DNA of 64,000 nt from an uncultured Verrucomicrobiae bacterium (GTDB lineage: Bacteria; Verrucomicrobiota; Verrucomicrobiia; Chthoniobacterales; UBA10450): assembly GCA_963815455.1 (NCBI GenBank), contig CAWFGO010000005.1, positions 32,001-96,000 on the forward strand. Reading direction: 5' to 3'. Of the stretch, positions 9,813 through 21,063 are shown one piece after another. Below the pieces are notes generated by a model, which worked only from the letters and a program-made list of their open reading frames with translations, ran no database searches and was not told where the DNA came from. Position numbers and translations under genes: made by a program. The stretch's first letter is position 1, and each line of letters starts with the position of its first letter.

Positions 9813-11663
9813 CTAAGGCGTTGCGCTTGGGCTGGGCGCAGGAGTAGGGGAGGAGGCGGGAGATGCCGCCGCCTGGCTCACCAGGGGCAATTTGAGCGCA
9901 CCGAAATCCGGATTGCTGATGACGAACGTGCCTTGTCGATCATCCACGTGCGCGAACCACATACCGTCCCCGGCAGAGGCGCCGATCTTCAGCGTTCGCG
10001 AATCGGTTTTTTCCGGTCCGTACATGAACGCGATTGTGATCTGGGGCTTGTCCAGACCATGTTGAGGCGTCGTGGCCCCGACCCAGCGCACCGCCCGCAG
10101 ACTCGACAATGTGTTGATCAGTGATTGCACGTTGGCTTGATTGATCTCGCCCTCACCCTGGAGCCAGCGCCATTGCTTTTTCTCGTCGCGTTCCATCCAG
10201 CGCTCTTTGTCGGTGGCAACGCTGAAGCGGTGAATTTGTTCGGGCTTGAATTGGAAGATCGACAATTCCTCCCATTGCACCGGGTCGGCAAAAATCTGGT
10301 CGAGGATTTCTCGACGCACCGTGACGATGAATGGCTCATCGTCGACGCGCGCGTAAACGTGGTCGCCCTCCACCTTGCCGAACGCGACCGTCGCGAATGG
10401 GCGCTCGCCCGCTTTGGTTTCGGGAGTGTTCTCGGATGCGAACGAACTGAAGATCACCTGCAGCTGCGGTTTATCGAGTCCGTATTTCGCCAGGTTCGAT
10501 GCAATATCCTCCACGAACTTGGCGACTTGTTCGTTTTGCATCGTGTTAATCAGACGGGTGACTTCGCTTGAATTTGCCGGCGCGTTGTTCAGGCTGGCGA
10601 TGTTCCAGGTTTCCTTGTTGCGGGCCAGCACCGTCTTGCCTTTGCCAGGCGCATCGATGGTGATCCGGTCGAGAATGTTCGTGTCGATCCGGACCAGATG
10701 GCGATCACGAAGGTCATCTGGTTTCGTGTTGAGGATCTCTTCGATTTTCTTCGGCAATGTGTAAACAAAACCGCGCGCCGTAAACCGCGCGTAAACTTGC
10801 TCCTTTTCTCCCGGATTGCCGATCTGAAGCATCTGGCCCTGCTCGCCAGCCCGTCCGGCGGGTTTTTCATTCTCCTGAAACAGCGTGATCGACCCGCGCG
10901 GCTCGGCCAAACCGTAGGGATGCAGATCGCCGCCATCAGTGGCCACAAATTTTTCAATCCGCGCATTGGTAACTTGCGCGATCAGATCGTTCACTTTCTG
11001 ATCGTCGCCTCTCGCCCGCAGCGGCTTCACGATTTCCCAGTGATCGGCTTTCTTCTGCAGTTCCATTTCGCCGGCTCTTGTCTTTAACACGACTCGCGCC
11101 ACCTGGGCCGGGGTCAAATCGGTCAATCGCTTGTCGCGAAATTCCTCCGGCTTTTTCTCGATCTCCTTCCGAACCGATTGACCCACCAGGTACGACTCCT
11201 TCGAATTCTCGAAGCGCACATACATTTTTCCTTCCAGGGCCGCGTCTTTGCCGAACAGAATTTCCGGGGGCGCTCCTTCGCCGATCAACTTCAGGCGCAG
11301 CTTGGCCCTGTTCAGTCCGTACTCAGCCAGCTTGTTCTTGTCCGCCTCGATTTCTTTCGCGGAAATGGTTCCCTCCTTCTGCCAGCCATCGAGATCGGAA
11401 AGCAAATTCTGAATCAAGGAGGCATCGGCCTGGTCTTTAATGGGAGTTTCAAGACGCCATTTGTCGTCTTTTCGGCGGATGTCGATCTTGTCGTCGCCAT
11501 TTTGAATCACAATGCCGCGGATTTTGTCGCGGTCGAAATTGACCACGTTCAGCGATTGCCGCGCTGCTTCCGCGGTGTCGGGCCGCCGCAATTCGTAGTA
11601 CTTGAGGTAAAGACCGAGCCCGACAACGACGACGAGCAAACCTACGGTGGTTTTCCAGTTCAT
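9813..11663 (-). CDS. DUF4340 domain protein
   Basis: N-terminal TM anchor, repeated YGL.kP domains; follows GldG-like gene. Confidence 0.8.
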   Translation of the reverse strand: MNWKTTVGLLVVVVGLGLYLKYYELRRPDTAEAARQSLNVVNFDRDKIRGIVIQNGDDKIDIRRKDDKWRLETPIKDQADASLIQNLLSDLDGWQKEGTISAKEIEADKNKLAEYGLNRAKLRLKLIGEGAPPEILFGKDAALEGKMYVRFENSKESYLVGQSVRKEIEKKPEEFRDKRLTDLTPAQVARVVLKTRAGEMELQKKADHWEIVKPLRARGDDQKVNDLIAQVTNARIEKFVATDGGDLHPYGLAEPRGSITLFQENEKPAGRAGEQGQMLQIGNPGEKEQVYARFTARGFVYTLPKKIEEILNTKPDDLRDRHLVRIDTNILDRITIDAPGKGKTVLARNKETWNIASLNNAPANSSEVTRLINTMQNEQVAKFVEDIASNLAKYGLDKPQLQVIFSSFASENTPETKAGERPFATVAFGKVEGDHVYARVDDEPFIVTVRREILDQIFADPVQWEELSIFQFKPEQIHRFSVATDKERWMERDEKKQWRWLQGEGEINQANVQSLINTLSSLRAVRWVGATTPQHGLDKPQITIAFMYGPEKTDSRTLKIGASAGDGMWFAHVDDRQGTFVISNPDFGALKLPLVSQAAASPASSPTPAPSPSATP

Positions 11664-11676
11664 GGCCCGGGGAGAA

Positions 11677-13210
11677 TCAGGTGCGGCGCTGCCACCAAAC
11701 GAGGCCGCCGATCACGGCCGGGATTAACGGAATCAGCACCAGGATGATCCACCGCAGGTTGCGCAAAGCATCCTCGCTCAATCGGAACGTCAGCGCTTTG
11801 GCAACTTTCGGCGCAATGCCGATGAGCTGCTCACGGCTGAGGAGCCAGTTAATGCTCCCGGAAACGAAATCGAGCCCTTGCTGATCCTGGGTAAGAGCAT
11901 TGTCCTGAACGAACGTCGCGTTGCCAACAACGATCATGCGCGCTGAATTGACTTGAACGCGCTCGTCCGCGCTGCCGCCTTGTTCGATCGCGGCCGCCGA
12001 TAATTATCGGCGGCGCGCCGGAAGATTTGGTGGCGTCGGCCTGAAATTTCGCCTGATCATTCGAGTTGTAATCGGTCTCGGCAAAGTAGTTTTTCTCGGC
12101 CTGGATCAACGGCTTGATCTGGATATTGGCCGCGCGCACTCGATCGGGCTCGAGAGTGAGCGAGCAGGTGCCGCCGAAAAATAGTCCGCGCGCGCCAGCC
12201 AGTCGTTTGGTGACGGGACTACCTCCCAGGAAAAGAGCCTGCACGTCGCGGGTAATCGCCACTTCCTGGATCCCCGTTCGCAAGAAAGCCATTAGCCGGT
12301 CGTCGTTCACTTTCAATCCGCGCTCGGCGAGGAATGCCGTCAACTTTGGTGTTTTGGCCGCGGGATCGAATAACAACAGCACCCGCCCCTGTTTGTCCCA
12401 GAAATCGTGCAGTAATTTCATTTCGCGATCCGAAAAATCGTATTGCGGTCCCACGATCATGATCGCCTTCATCTCGGGTGGAATCGCGCCGACCTCGAAC
12501 AGATTCAATTCCTGAAACTTGACATTCTCGTTCTCGATAAATGTCTTGAGGATCGAGATGGGTGAACCGGCCTGCGGCGGGCCGCCGAATGGCGCCGGCG
12601 TCGGCTCCGCAATCGACGGTTCCTTGTGGCCGGTTACGTAACCGACGACATTCTTCTTGCCCTCGAGCAAATCCATCATCGCGCTGGTGATGGCTTGTTC
12701 GCCTTTGAACCCAACTACGCGAGGGCCTTCGCCGAACATCGCAGCGCTGCGGTCGATCTCAGCCATTTCTGTTTCCTTGACGGTTTTGTTGCGTCCGTCG
12801 TAATCGATCACCAGCAGTGGTTCATCCGTAACGACTTTGTATTTTTCGAACAACTCCTTCGCTCGAGAGAGATTCCGCTTCGGATCGACGTATTCGATGT
12901 CGATCTTGCCTTTGCCCGCGTATTGATACTCGGTCAGCAGGTTTATTACATCCGCGGTCAAAGCGGAGTCGGGCGGGAAAAAATTGGTGATGCGAACCTT
13001 GTCCTTCACTGTGGTCAGGAATCGCTTCGTCTTGTCGGAGAGGGCGTATTTCTGGTCGCGCGAGAAATCCCAGCGCTTGTAATGCTTGAATGCGATCGAA
13101 TTGATCATCAAGACCAGGAGCGTCAGGAGAAACGCTTGCGCGAGAACGTTTACTCCGATCTGAACGCGGCGGATTTTCTTTGGCTTCGGCGTTTGCTCTG
13201 GTTCGGCCAT
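11677..13210 (-). CDS. GldG-family ABC transporter auxiliary protein (frameshift near 11998)
   Basis: RWDFSRDQKYALSDKT, GEQAITSA, GHKE; reading continues in the next frame (AAAIEQGG...RMIVVGNATF...WWQRRT). Confidence 0.8.
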
Positions 13211-13212
13211 TG

Positions 13213-13968
13213 TCACAGCCTCCATTTGCGGGTTTGAAGCGCCTGATAGGTCAATGCCAGCATCAGAAAAGTCATGCTGAGGTAGAGCACGACGGGTCGG
13301 GTATCGATGATGCCGCGCGACAGCGTTCCCATGTGCTCGATCGCCGAGAAATAGCCCAGCAGGTCGGCTGTCGTTGAGCTCACGTCGAGAAGAAGAAACC
13401 TAATCAGGCCAAGGAAAAACAGGAGCGTGATTGCGCAGAAAGAAATGACCGCGGCAATGATCTGGTTCTTGGTCAGCACCGAAGCGAAGCAGCCCACCGA
13501 GAGGTAGAACATCCCCAGCAACAACAGCATCAGATAGGTGCCCCAGTAGGCGCCGGCCGATCCTCCCGCAGCTTCGCCGGTCATTCGTTGAAAAATTGCG
13601 AAATAGAGAAGCGTCGGGATCCAAAGCACGATATAAAACACGAGCGCGCCGAAAAATTTCGCCAGCACAACCTGCAAGTCGCGCACCGGCGCAGTCATCA
13701 AGGGTTCGATGGTGCCGAGCTTAAATTCCTCGGCAAACAGGCGCATGGTGATGAGGGGAAAAATCAGGACGAAAGCGAACCAGAAAAACACCGAATTAAA
13801 AAATGCCTCCTGCACGGTGTATTCCACCGGGCGCTGGTTCATGAAAGAGATCTGGAGACAGAAATCGACCCCGCTCACGAGCAGGAAGAAGATGAGAACG
13901 ATGTAGGCGACGGGGGAGTAGAAGTAGCCCCGAATTTCGCGAGTGAGGAGTGTCCAGAATTTTCTCAT
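13213..13968 (-). CDS. ABC-2 type permease (GldF-like)
   Basis: REIRGYFYSPVAY, LITMRLFAEE..GTIEPLMTAP; six TM segments; start at MRKFW. Confidence 0.88.
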   Translation of the reverse strand: MRKFWTLLTREIRGYFYSPVAYIVLIFFLLVSGVDFCLQISFMNQRPVEYTVQEAFFNSVFFWFAFVLIFPLITMRLFAEEFKLGTIEPLMTAPVRDLQVVLAKFFGALVFYIVLWIPTLLYFAIFQRMTGEAAGGSAGAYWGTYLMLLLLGMFYLSVGCFASVLTKNQIIAAVISFCAITLLFFLGLIRFLLLDVSSTTADLLGYFSAIEHMGTLSRGIIDTRPVVLYLSMTFLMLALTYQALQTRKWRL

Positions 13969-13983
13969 GACACGCGGGAGCTT

Positions 13984-14098
13984 GTCATCCCGAGCCGCGC
14001 AGACGGCGAGGGATCTCGCGCAAGCTGTTTCGTTTGCGCGAGACCAGTTGCCTGGCCCAGGCAATTTTCGCGAGATCCTTCGCTTCGCTCAGGATGAC
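13984..14098. repeat. GTCATC/GATGAC-terminated palindromic element
   Basis: GTCATCCCGAGC...GAGGGATCTCGC ... GCGAGATCCTTCGCTTCGCTCAGGATGAC. Confidence 0.8.
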
Positions 14099-14142
14099 GA
14101 GCAATTGGTGTTGAATCGATATTTGGCACGTTTGTCATGGTG

Positions 14143-15078
14143 TCACACCTGATCCGAGTGCGTAATCTCCACGAACACGTCTTCGAGCGTTGCCCGTCGC
14201 TGCGATAGCTCGCGCACGATCCACCTGCGTGTTGTGGCCAGCCGGAAAATTTCTTCGCGAACATCGGCGCCAGATTCCACGCGAAGGGAGAATTTCTTCC
14301 AATCACCATCGACATCGGTGATCACATCGCGCACGCCGGAAATCTTCTTCAATTCTTCCGCGCCATTGTCGTTTCCCACTTTCGCCTCCACAATTACGCC
14401 ACCAGCCTGGCGGATTCGGCCGAGCAAATTTGCCGGCGTGTCGCAGGCTTCGATCCGGCCTTTGTGAATGATGATGACCCGGCTGCAAGTCATCTCCACT
14501 TCCGGCAGGATATGGGTGGAAAGCAGGATGGTGTGCTGCTTCCCGAGGTTTTTGATCAGTTCGCGCACTTGCCGGATCTGATTTGGATCGAGACCGATGG
14601 TCGGTTCGTCGAGAATGAGCAGGTCGGGTTCGGCAACCAGCGCGTCGGCCAGGCCAACCCGTTGCCGGTAACCCTTGGAGAGAGTGCCGATCAATTTTTT
14701 CTCCACGTCTTTCAACCCGCAAAGTTCCTTCACGTCGCCGACTCGCTCGTCTACGCGCCGGTGAGGCACGCCTTTAAGAGCCGCGCGATAATCGAGATAC
14801 TCCGTCACGCGCATATCATTATAGAGAGGGACGTTTTCGGGCATGTAACCGAGATGAGCCCGGGCCTGTAGCGATTGAGTAAAAATGTCGAAGCCGGCGA
14901 TGGTGGCGCGTCCCGACGTAGCTGGCATGAAGCTGGCCAGAATCCGCATGGTGGTGGTCTTGCCTGCGCCGTTCGGCCCGAGAAATCCCATGATCTCGCC
15001 CTTGCCGACCTCGAAGTTGAGATCCTTGATCGCGGTGTGGCCGGCGTATCGCTTGGTGAGATTTTCGACTTTAATCAT
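14143..15078 (-). CDS. ABC transporter ATP-binding protein (GldA-like)
   Basis: GPNGAGKTT, LSKGYRQR, ILDEPT, H-loop. Confidence 0.93.
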   Translation of the reverse strand: MIKVENLTKRYAGHTAIKDLNFEVGKGEIMGFLGPNGAGKTTTMRILASFMPATSGRATIAGFDIFTQSLQARAHLGYMPENVPLYNDMRVTEYLDYRAALKGVPHRRVDERVGDVKELCGLKDVEKKLIGTLSKGYRQRVGLADALVAEPDLLILDEPTIGLDPNQIRQVRELIKNLGKQHTILLSTHILPEVEMTCSRVIIIHKGRIEACDTPANLLGRIRQAGGVIVEAKVGNDNGAEELKKISGVRDVITDVDGDWKKFSLRVESGADVREEIFRLATTRRWIVRELSQRRATLEDVFVEITHSDQV

Positions 15079-15137
15079 GCTCCGGTGTTTTTATGAGACA
15101 ACTCAAGTCTTATCACGTTGCGAAAATTTTCCGAAAG

Positions 15138-16289
15138 TCAACGGGCGGTGAGAGTCAAGGTTTCCACCCGCTGGCCGCGCCCGCGCGAGCGGACCACGCC
15201 AACGGCAAGATCGATATTCGTCCCGCTGCGCACCCGGCTGAGCAACCCCTCGACCTGCCGGACGGAATTTACGTCGTATGTGCCGATGCGATAGATAACA
15301 AGCCCGCGCTCGATCCCCGCTTGGTCCGCCGGGCTGTCGGGCTCAACTGAAGCGACCAGAACGCCGCGCCCGGGCGCGTAACCGAGAGCATTGGTTAGTT
15401 CGTCGGTGAGATCCTGAAGCTGCATTCCCAGCAAGCGCTCCACGTTCGATACCGATGTTTCGTTGGGTGCGGCCTGTTTTTCCGGTGGCGGCTGTTTCTG
15501 CGCGACTTTTTTGAATTCAGTAACCGTATCGCGCACGATATTGGCCGGGATGGCGAAGCCGAGTCCCTGTGTCGGCACGCCTTGCGGGGTAAAAGCCATT
15601 TTTGCCGAACTCATCCCAACCAGGCGACCGGAAAGATCGACCAGCGGGCCGCCGCTGTTGCCTGGATTAATGGCGGCGTCGGTCTGGACCAGGTCCTTGT
15701 ATTCGATGTTGTCGATGGTGATGTCGCGTTTGAGCGCGCTAAGCACCCCGCGGCTGATCGAGCTGCCATATCCGACCGCGTTGCCCACTACAATAACGGT
15801 TTGCCCGAGCAGGTTCGGGGAAATGTTATCGAGGCTGATGTACGGAAGATCGACTTTGGGGTCGATCTTGATCAGGGCCAGGTCCTTCTTTTCGTCACCG
15901 GTGATGAAATGCGCGTTGTAGGTCTTGCCGTTCTCGGTCGTGACCTGGATTTTCAAGTCGGCGGCCCGTTCGACGACGTGCTGGTTTGTCACGATGTAGC
16001 CAACAGGATCGACAATGAAACCGGACCCGAGACTTTGCACCCGCTGGCGAATCTCCCGCGGCCTGGCCCGATAGTTCCCAAAGAACTGAGCGTAGAAATC
16101 TTCGAAGGGATCGCGGACCTGCCGTCGAAGAACGCGCTCGGTGTTAATGCTCACCACGGCCGGCAAAACTTTGGCGACCGCCAAAACGCCCGGCTCGGAC
16201 GCCGCCTCAGTAAGAGCCGTTTGCGCAAAAGCGGATACGGATGATGCGAGGATCAAGACTGCGGTCAGGACTTTCCCTTGAGTTTTCAT
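15138..16289 (-). CDS. HtrA/DegP-family serine protease, one PDZ domain
   Basis: SLGSGFIV, TNQHVV, DLAL, QTDAAINPGNSGGPL; signal peptide. Confidence 0.92.
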   Translation of the reverse strand: MKTQGKVLTAVLILASSVSAFAQTALTEAASEPGVLAVAKVLPAVVSINTERVLRRQVRDPFEDFYAQFFGNYRARPREIRQRVQSLGSGFIVDPVGYIVTNQHVVERAADLKIQVTTENGKTYNAHFITGDEKKDLALIKIDPKVDLPYISLDNISPNLLGQTVIVVGNAVGYGSSISRGVLSALKRDITIDNIEYKDLVQTDAAINPGNSGGPLVDLSGRLVGMSSAKMAFTPQGVPTQGLGFAIPANIVRDTVTEFKKVAQKQPPPEKQAAPNETSVSNVERLLGMQLQDLTDELTNALGYAPGRGVLVASVEPDSPADQAGIERGLVIYRIGTYDVNSVRQVEGLLSRVRSGTNIDLAVGVVRSRGRGQRVETLTLTAR

Positions 16290-16807
16290 AGCTGCTTGAC
16301 GATTTCTGCTGGAACGAGGTGACGCATCTTTGGATACGCTTCGGCGATTCGCATCAGATCGAGCTCGTCCTTCTTCCGCTTAGTTGATCTGCGCTTTTCG
16401 TCCTCCCACGCCCAAACCTTCCCGCGAATAATATTTTCCAGCTGCGCGACTGGAACAGGAATCCCGAGAACTTCGCGTTCGGTGGTGTCCTTAACAAAAT
16501 CCTGATAACGAGCGTCAGTTGTGAATTGGACATTGAGTTTGCTCCCGGAACGTTGCGCATTCATTGAGTGCTCGGATCGCTTAACCTCCTTAAATCCAGC
16601 TTCTTCGAGCTCCCGCCCAATTTGTGAAAGTTTCGTTGTCACCACGACAAGATCGACATCGACGGTATAAACAGGCTCGACGTAGCAATTGACCGCTAGC
16701 CCGCCAATCAGGCACCACGGCTTGTTCCGATTCAGAATCGTGACGACGCCGGCGAAATCGCTCGCCCCGCCGTTTGTTACCGATTCATAAATTTCTGTCG
16801 CCGTCAT
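16286..16807 (-). CDS. nucleotidyltransferase-fold protein
   Basis: LIGGLAV...TVDVDLVV (GG + DxD) and C-terminal R.tKrkKD..DL; stop overlaps the protease start. Confidence 0.7.
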   Translation of the reverse strand: MTATEIYESVTNGGASDFAGVVTILNRNKPWCLIGGLAVNCYVEPVYTVDVDLVVVTTKLSQIGRELEEAGFKEVKRSEHSMNAQRSGSKLNVQFTTDARYQDFVKDTTEREVLGIPVPVAQLENIIRGKVWAWEDEKRRSTKRKKDELDLMRIAEAYPKMRHLVPAEIVKQL

Positions 16808-16879
16808 GCGCAGCAAGTAACGAGTCCGGCCCAAGCCTGTCAACTTGCCGGCCTGCGTATTGGCTGCAGATTAACCATC

Positions 16880-19623
16880 ATGCGCACTTCGATTGCTGCC
16901 CGGGCAAACCTCGATCTGATCGAGGAGAATTATCGCCGCTGGCAGGAGAATCCGGGCTCGGTCGACTCCGGTTGGTCGGCATTTTTTGAAGGATTCGAGC
17001 TTGGGAATTTGCCGCAGAAGAACGGCGCTGCGGTGACCGAGACTGACGATCGCGAGATTGCTCTGCAAACGCGAGTCGATGGGGCGATTTACGCCTACTG
17101 CTCGCTGGGTCACACGATCGCGCGCATTGATCCGTTAGCCGAAAAACAACCGCAAAATCCATTGCTGACTCTGCCCGAGCTGGGTTTCAAGGAGGGCGAT
17201 CTCGATCTGCGCGTCTCTTCGAAATTCTTTTTGGATAACCAGCCGATGACGTTGCGGGAAATGATCGCTGGGCTGGAAAGAATTTATGCCGACTCGATTG
17301 GCTCCGAGTTCATGCATATCCAGGATACGCGGATGCGAGAGTGGGTGCGGCGACGATTGGAAATGCGACCGAACAAACATTCGACCCCGCGGACGGTCCA
17401 GGTCGCGCTATTGCGGGCGTTACTGGAGGCGGAAACGTTCGAGACCTTCCTTCATACTCGTTACGTCGGGCAAAAGCGCTTTTCGCTCCAGGGCGCGGAA
17501 TCGCTAATGGTGATTCTCGACACGATTCTTCATCAGTGCCCGGAAGGCGGAGTCGAGGAAATTTGCATGGGGATGGCGCATCGGGGGCGGCTGAACGTGC
17601 TCGCGAATTTCTTGCGCAAATCGCTCGAGGTCATCTTCACCGAGTTTAGCGAGAACTACGTTCCCGAACTCGTCGCCGGTGATGGCGACGTGAAGTATCA
17701 CCTGGGTTATAACTCGGTCCGCAAACTATCTTCCGGCGCCGAGATCGAGATTCGCCTTTCGGCAAACCCGAGCCATCTCGAAGCGGTCGATCCGGTGGTC
17801 GAAGGAAAAGCGCGCGCCCGTCAACGGATTCGAGGCGACACCGAGAAGCGGCGCAAAGTTTTGCCCCTTCTGATTCACGGCGACGCGGCTTTTGCGGGGC
17901 AGGGGATCGTGGCCGAGACACTCAACCTGTCGCAACTGCACGGATACAGCACCAGCGGCACGGTTCACATCATCGTGAATAATCAGATCGGTTTCACCAC
18001 GCTTCCGAAAGATGCGCGTTCGTCGATGTACGCCACAGACATCGCCAAAATGCTCGAGGTTCCGATTTTTCATGTGAACGGCGACGATCCGCTGGCGGTG
18101 AAATTCGTTACCGACACAGCGTTCGATTTTCGACAGGAATTCGGACGCGACGTGGTGATCGACATGTATTGCTATCGCCGTTACGGACACAACGAAGGCG
18201 ACGAGCCGTCGTTTACGCAGCCCGATCTCTACGCGAAGATCGAGAAACGTCCGTCGGTGACGCAATTTTACAAAAACGAATTGATCAAGGCGGGAACATT
18301 GAGCGAGGACGATGCCGCCTCGCTGGAAACGGAGTTCGATCTGCGGTTGGAAATGGCAAGAGACGAGGTCCACGCCATCGAAAAGAGGAAAGCGGGCAAG
18401 AAAGCGGAATTCAAGGAATCGACCGCGATCTTTCAACCCCAATACACGACTTCGTCGATGCCGACCGCAATCAGCGAAAAAATGCTCAAGGCGATTGTCG
18501 ATGGTCTTACGCGCATTCCGGCCGGATTCGAGGTTCAACCGAAAATCAAACGCATCATTCTCGATCATCAGCGCGAAATTTTCGAGGCGGGCGGCCCTTA
18601 TGAATGGCATTACGCCGAGGCCCTCGCTTTTGGGTCGCTGTTGCTGGAGGGAATTCCGGTGCGGCTTTCGGGCCAGGATAGTTCGCGCGGGCACGTTCAG
18701 CACCCGCCATTCGGTGCTTTATCACGCGAAAACGGGGGAACCGTATGTGCCGCTCCTGCATCTGGCCGAGAAACAGGCGCCCATTTGCATTTATAACAGC
18801 CCACTCTCGGAGGCGGCTGTGCTGGGGTTCGATTACGGTTATTCCCTCGAATACCCAAATCTGCTTTGCCTTTGGGAAGCGCAGTTCGGCGATTTTGGAA
18901 ATGGCGCTCAAACGATCATCGATCAGTTCATCACTTCGGCGGAATCGAAATGGCAGCGACCGAGCGGGATCGTGCTTTTGCTTCCGCACGGCTACGAGGG
19001 CCAGGGGCCGGAGCATTCCAGCGCCCGCCTCGAGCGTTTTCTTCAAGAGTGCGCCGAGGACAACATTCAGGTCTGCAATCTCACGACTGCGGCCCAGTAC
19101 TTCCATGTGTTACGCCGGCAGATGAAACGCAAGTTCGTCAAGCCGCTCATCATTATGACGCCGAAAAGTTTGTTGCGCGCTAAGTTCGCGTCGTCGCCCG
19201 CGGAGGAATTCACCAGCGGGCGGTTCGAAGAGATTCTGGCTGCGCCGAAAGTTGGCCTCCGCGGCAAAGACCAAACGTGTGATCTTTTGTTCGGGTAAAG
19301 TTTATTACGACCTGTTGAGTCATCGCACCGAACGGAAGATCGACAACGCCGCGATCATTCGCGTCGAGCAACTTTATCCGCTCGCGGAAAAGAAATTGCG
19401 CGCCATGCTTAAGCCGTTTCCGAAAACGGCCAGGCTCGTCTGGTGTCAGGAAGAATCGCAAAACATGGGCGCGTGGAGTTTCATGGAGCCGCGCTTGCGC
19501 GAAATGTTCGGTCGCGAAGTCGCCTATGCCGGCCGCGATCCGAGCGCCAGTCCAGCCGTCGGCGCGCTGGCTCGGCACAAGCGCGAGCAAGCCTGCCTTG
19601 TTGCCGACGCGTTTAAGGTCTAA
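16880..19623 (+). CDS. sucA: 2-oxoglutarate dehydrogenase E1 (two +1 frameshifts, near 18690 and 19258)
   Basis: [45 protein letters not shown] and WCQEE motifs spread over three consecutive frames. Confidence 0.93.
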
Positions 19624-19708
19624 TTCGTCAGTGTCGTTTACGGATTCCCTGCCTGATGCAGGTCTAATATTGACGAAATGCGCCTAGCCCGCGACGCTCA
19701 CTTGTCGC

Positions 19709-20965
19709 ATGCCAATCGAAGTAAAAATTCCAACTGTTGGTGAATCGATCACCAGCGGCGTCGTTTCCGTCTGGCACAAGAAATCGGGCGAGTTCGTTAA
19801 CGAAGGCGAACCGCTGTTTACGCTCGAGACCGAAAAGGTTTCCAGCGAGATCGTGGCGGAAAAATCCGGCGTGCTGGAAACAAAAGTTCCCGAAGGCCAG
19901 GAAGTGAAAATTGGCGAAGTCGTTGCGATAATTGACGATTCCAAATCAGCGCCGGCGCAATCGGCTGCCCCCGAGAAAAAAGAGTCGCCAACTGTAGCCG
20001 CGGGCGCGGACCGCGGCAGTTCGGCCTCGGCGATCCGCTCCCGAGCGGGAAAAACCGGGGTCAACGCCCCCGGCTACAGCTACAACTCTGTCGCCCGCGG
20101 TGCGCCGTATTGTCGAAGAGGAACATTTGCAGCCGGAGAAAATTTCCGGAACAGGCAAGGATGGCCGGCTAACGAAAGGCGATGTCCTTGGGGCGACAGA
20201 AAACCGCGAGTCTAAATCTGTAGGGGACGCTGACAGCCGTCCCAGAGAATCGCCAATCATCCGATGGCCGGTTCGTTCGCAAGAAGATGTCGCCGTTGCG
20301 CCGGAAAATCGCGCAGCAACTGGTGATGGCGCAGCACACCGCCGCGATCCTGACGACGTTTAACGAGTGCGACATGAGCGCTGTTCAGGAATTGCGAACC
20401 AAATCGCAGGACGCGTTTACGAAAAAGAACGGCGTCAAACTTGGGTTCATGTCGTTTTTCATCAAGGCGGCCGTGGAAGCGCTTAAAGCGGTGCCGCCGG
20501 TCAACGGCCGGATCGAAGACGAAGACTTTATCCAGAACAATTTTTACGATATCGGCATCGCCGTCGGAACCGAGCGCGGGTTGGTGGTGCCGGTGGTTCG
20601 CGATGCCGACAAGAAAAGCTTTGCCGACCTCGAGCGCGACATCGCCGACTACGCCGCTCGAGCGCGCGAAGGGAAATTGAAGACTGGAAGATCTGCGCGG
20701 CGGGACATTCACGATTACCAACGGCGGCGTTTACGGTTCCCTTTTCGCCACGCCGATCTTGAATCCGCCGCAAAGCGGCATTCTCGGCATGCACAAGATC
20801 ATGCCGCGGCCGGTGGCGGTTGACGGGAAGGTCGAGGTGCGTCCAATGATGTTCCTGGCTCTCAGCTACGATCACCGCGCCATTGATGGGAAAGAATCCG
20901 TTACGTTTTTGGTCAAGGTAAAAGAATGCATTGAGGATCCAAGAAAGTTGCCGCTCGATTTTTAG
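19709..20965 (+). CDS. sucB: dihydrolipoamide succinyltransferase E2 (three +1 frameshifts)
   Basis: Lipoyl domain (ETEKV), E3-binding domain ([20 protein letters not shown]), catalytic domain ([24 protein letters not shown]) over four segments. Confidence 0.92.
19992..20079. repeat. GTAG-tagged REP pair inside sucB linker
   Basis: CTGTAGCCGCGGGCGCGGACCGCGG ... CCGGGGTCAACGCCCCCGGCTACAG; same family as in dnaX and dmpA. Confidence 0.85.
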
Positions 20966-21056
20966 GTAGGGACGGCTCTCCGAGCCGTCCGTCGAATTCT
21001 GAATTAATGTATTAGTCTCAAAATAAGTCGGACGCCCCGGAGGTGCGTCCCTACCT
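20964..21056. repeat. GTAG-tagged REPIN (inverted REP pair), sucB-lpdA intergenic
   Basis: AGGTAGGGACGGCTCTCCGAGCCGTCCG ... CGGACGCCCCGGAGGTGCGTCCCTACCT with AT-rich spacer. Confidence 0.85.
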
Positions 21057-21063
21057 TTAAAAC

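Noticed and set aside
18680..20690. Programmed frameshifting in sucA/sucB
   Set aside because: Five independent +1 events with no slippery heptamers; sequencing error is the simpler explanation.
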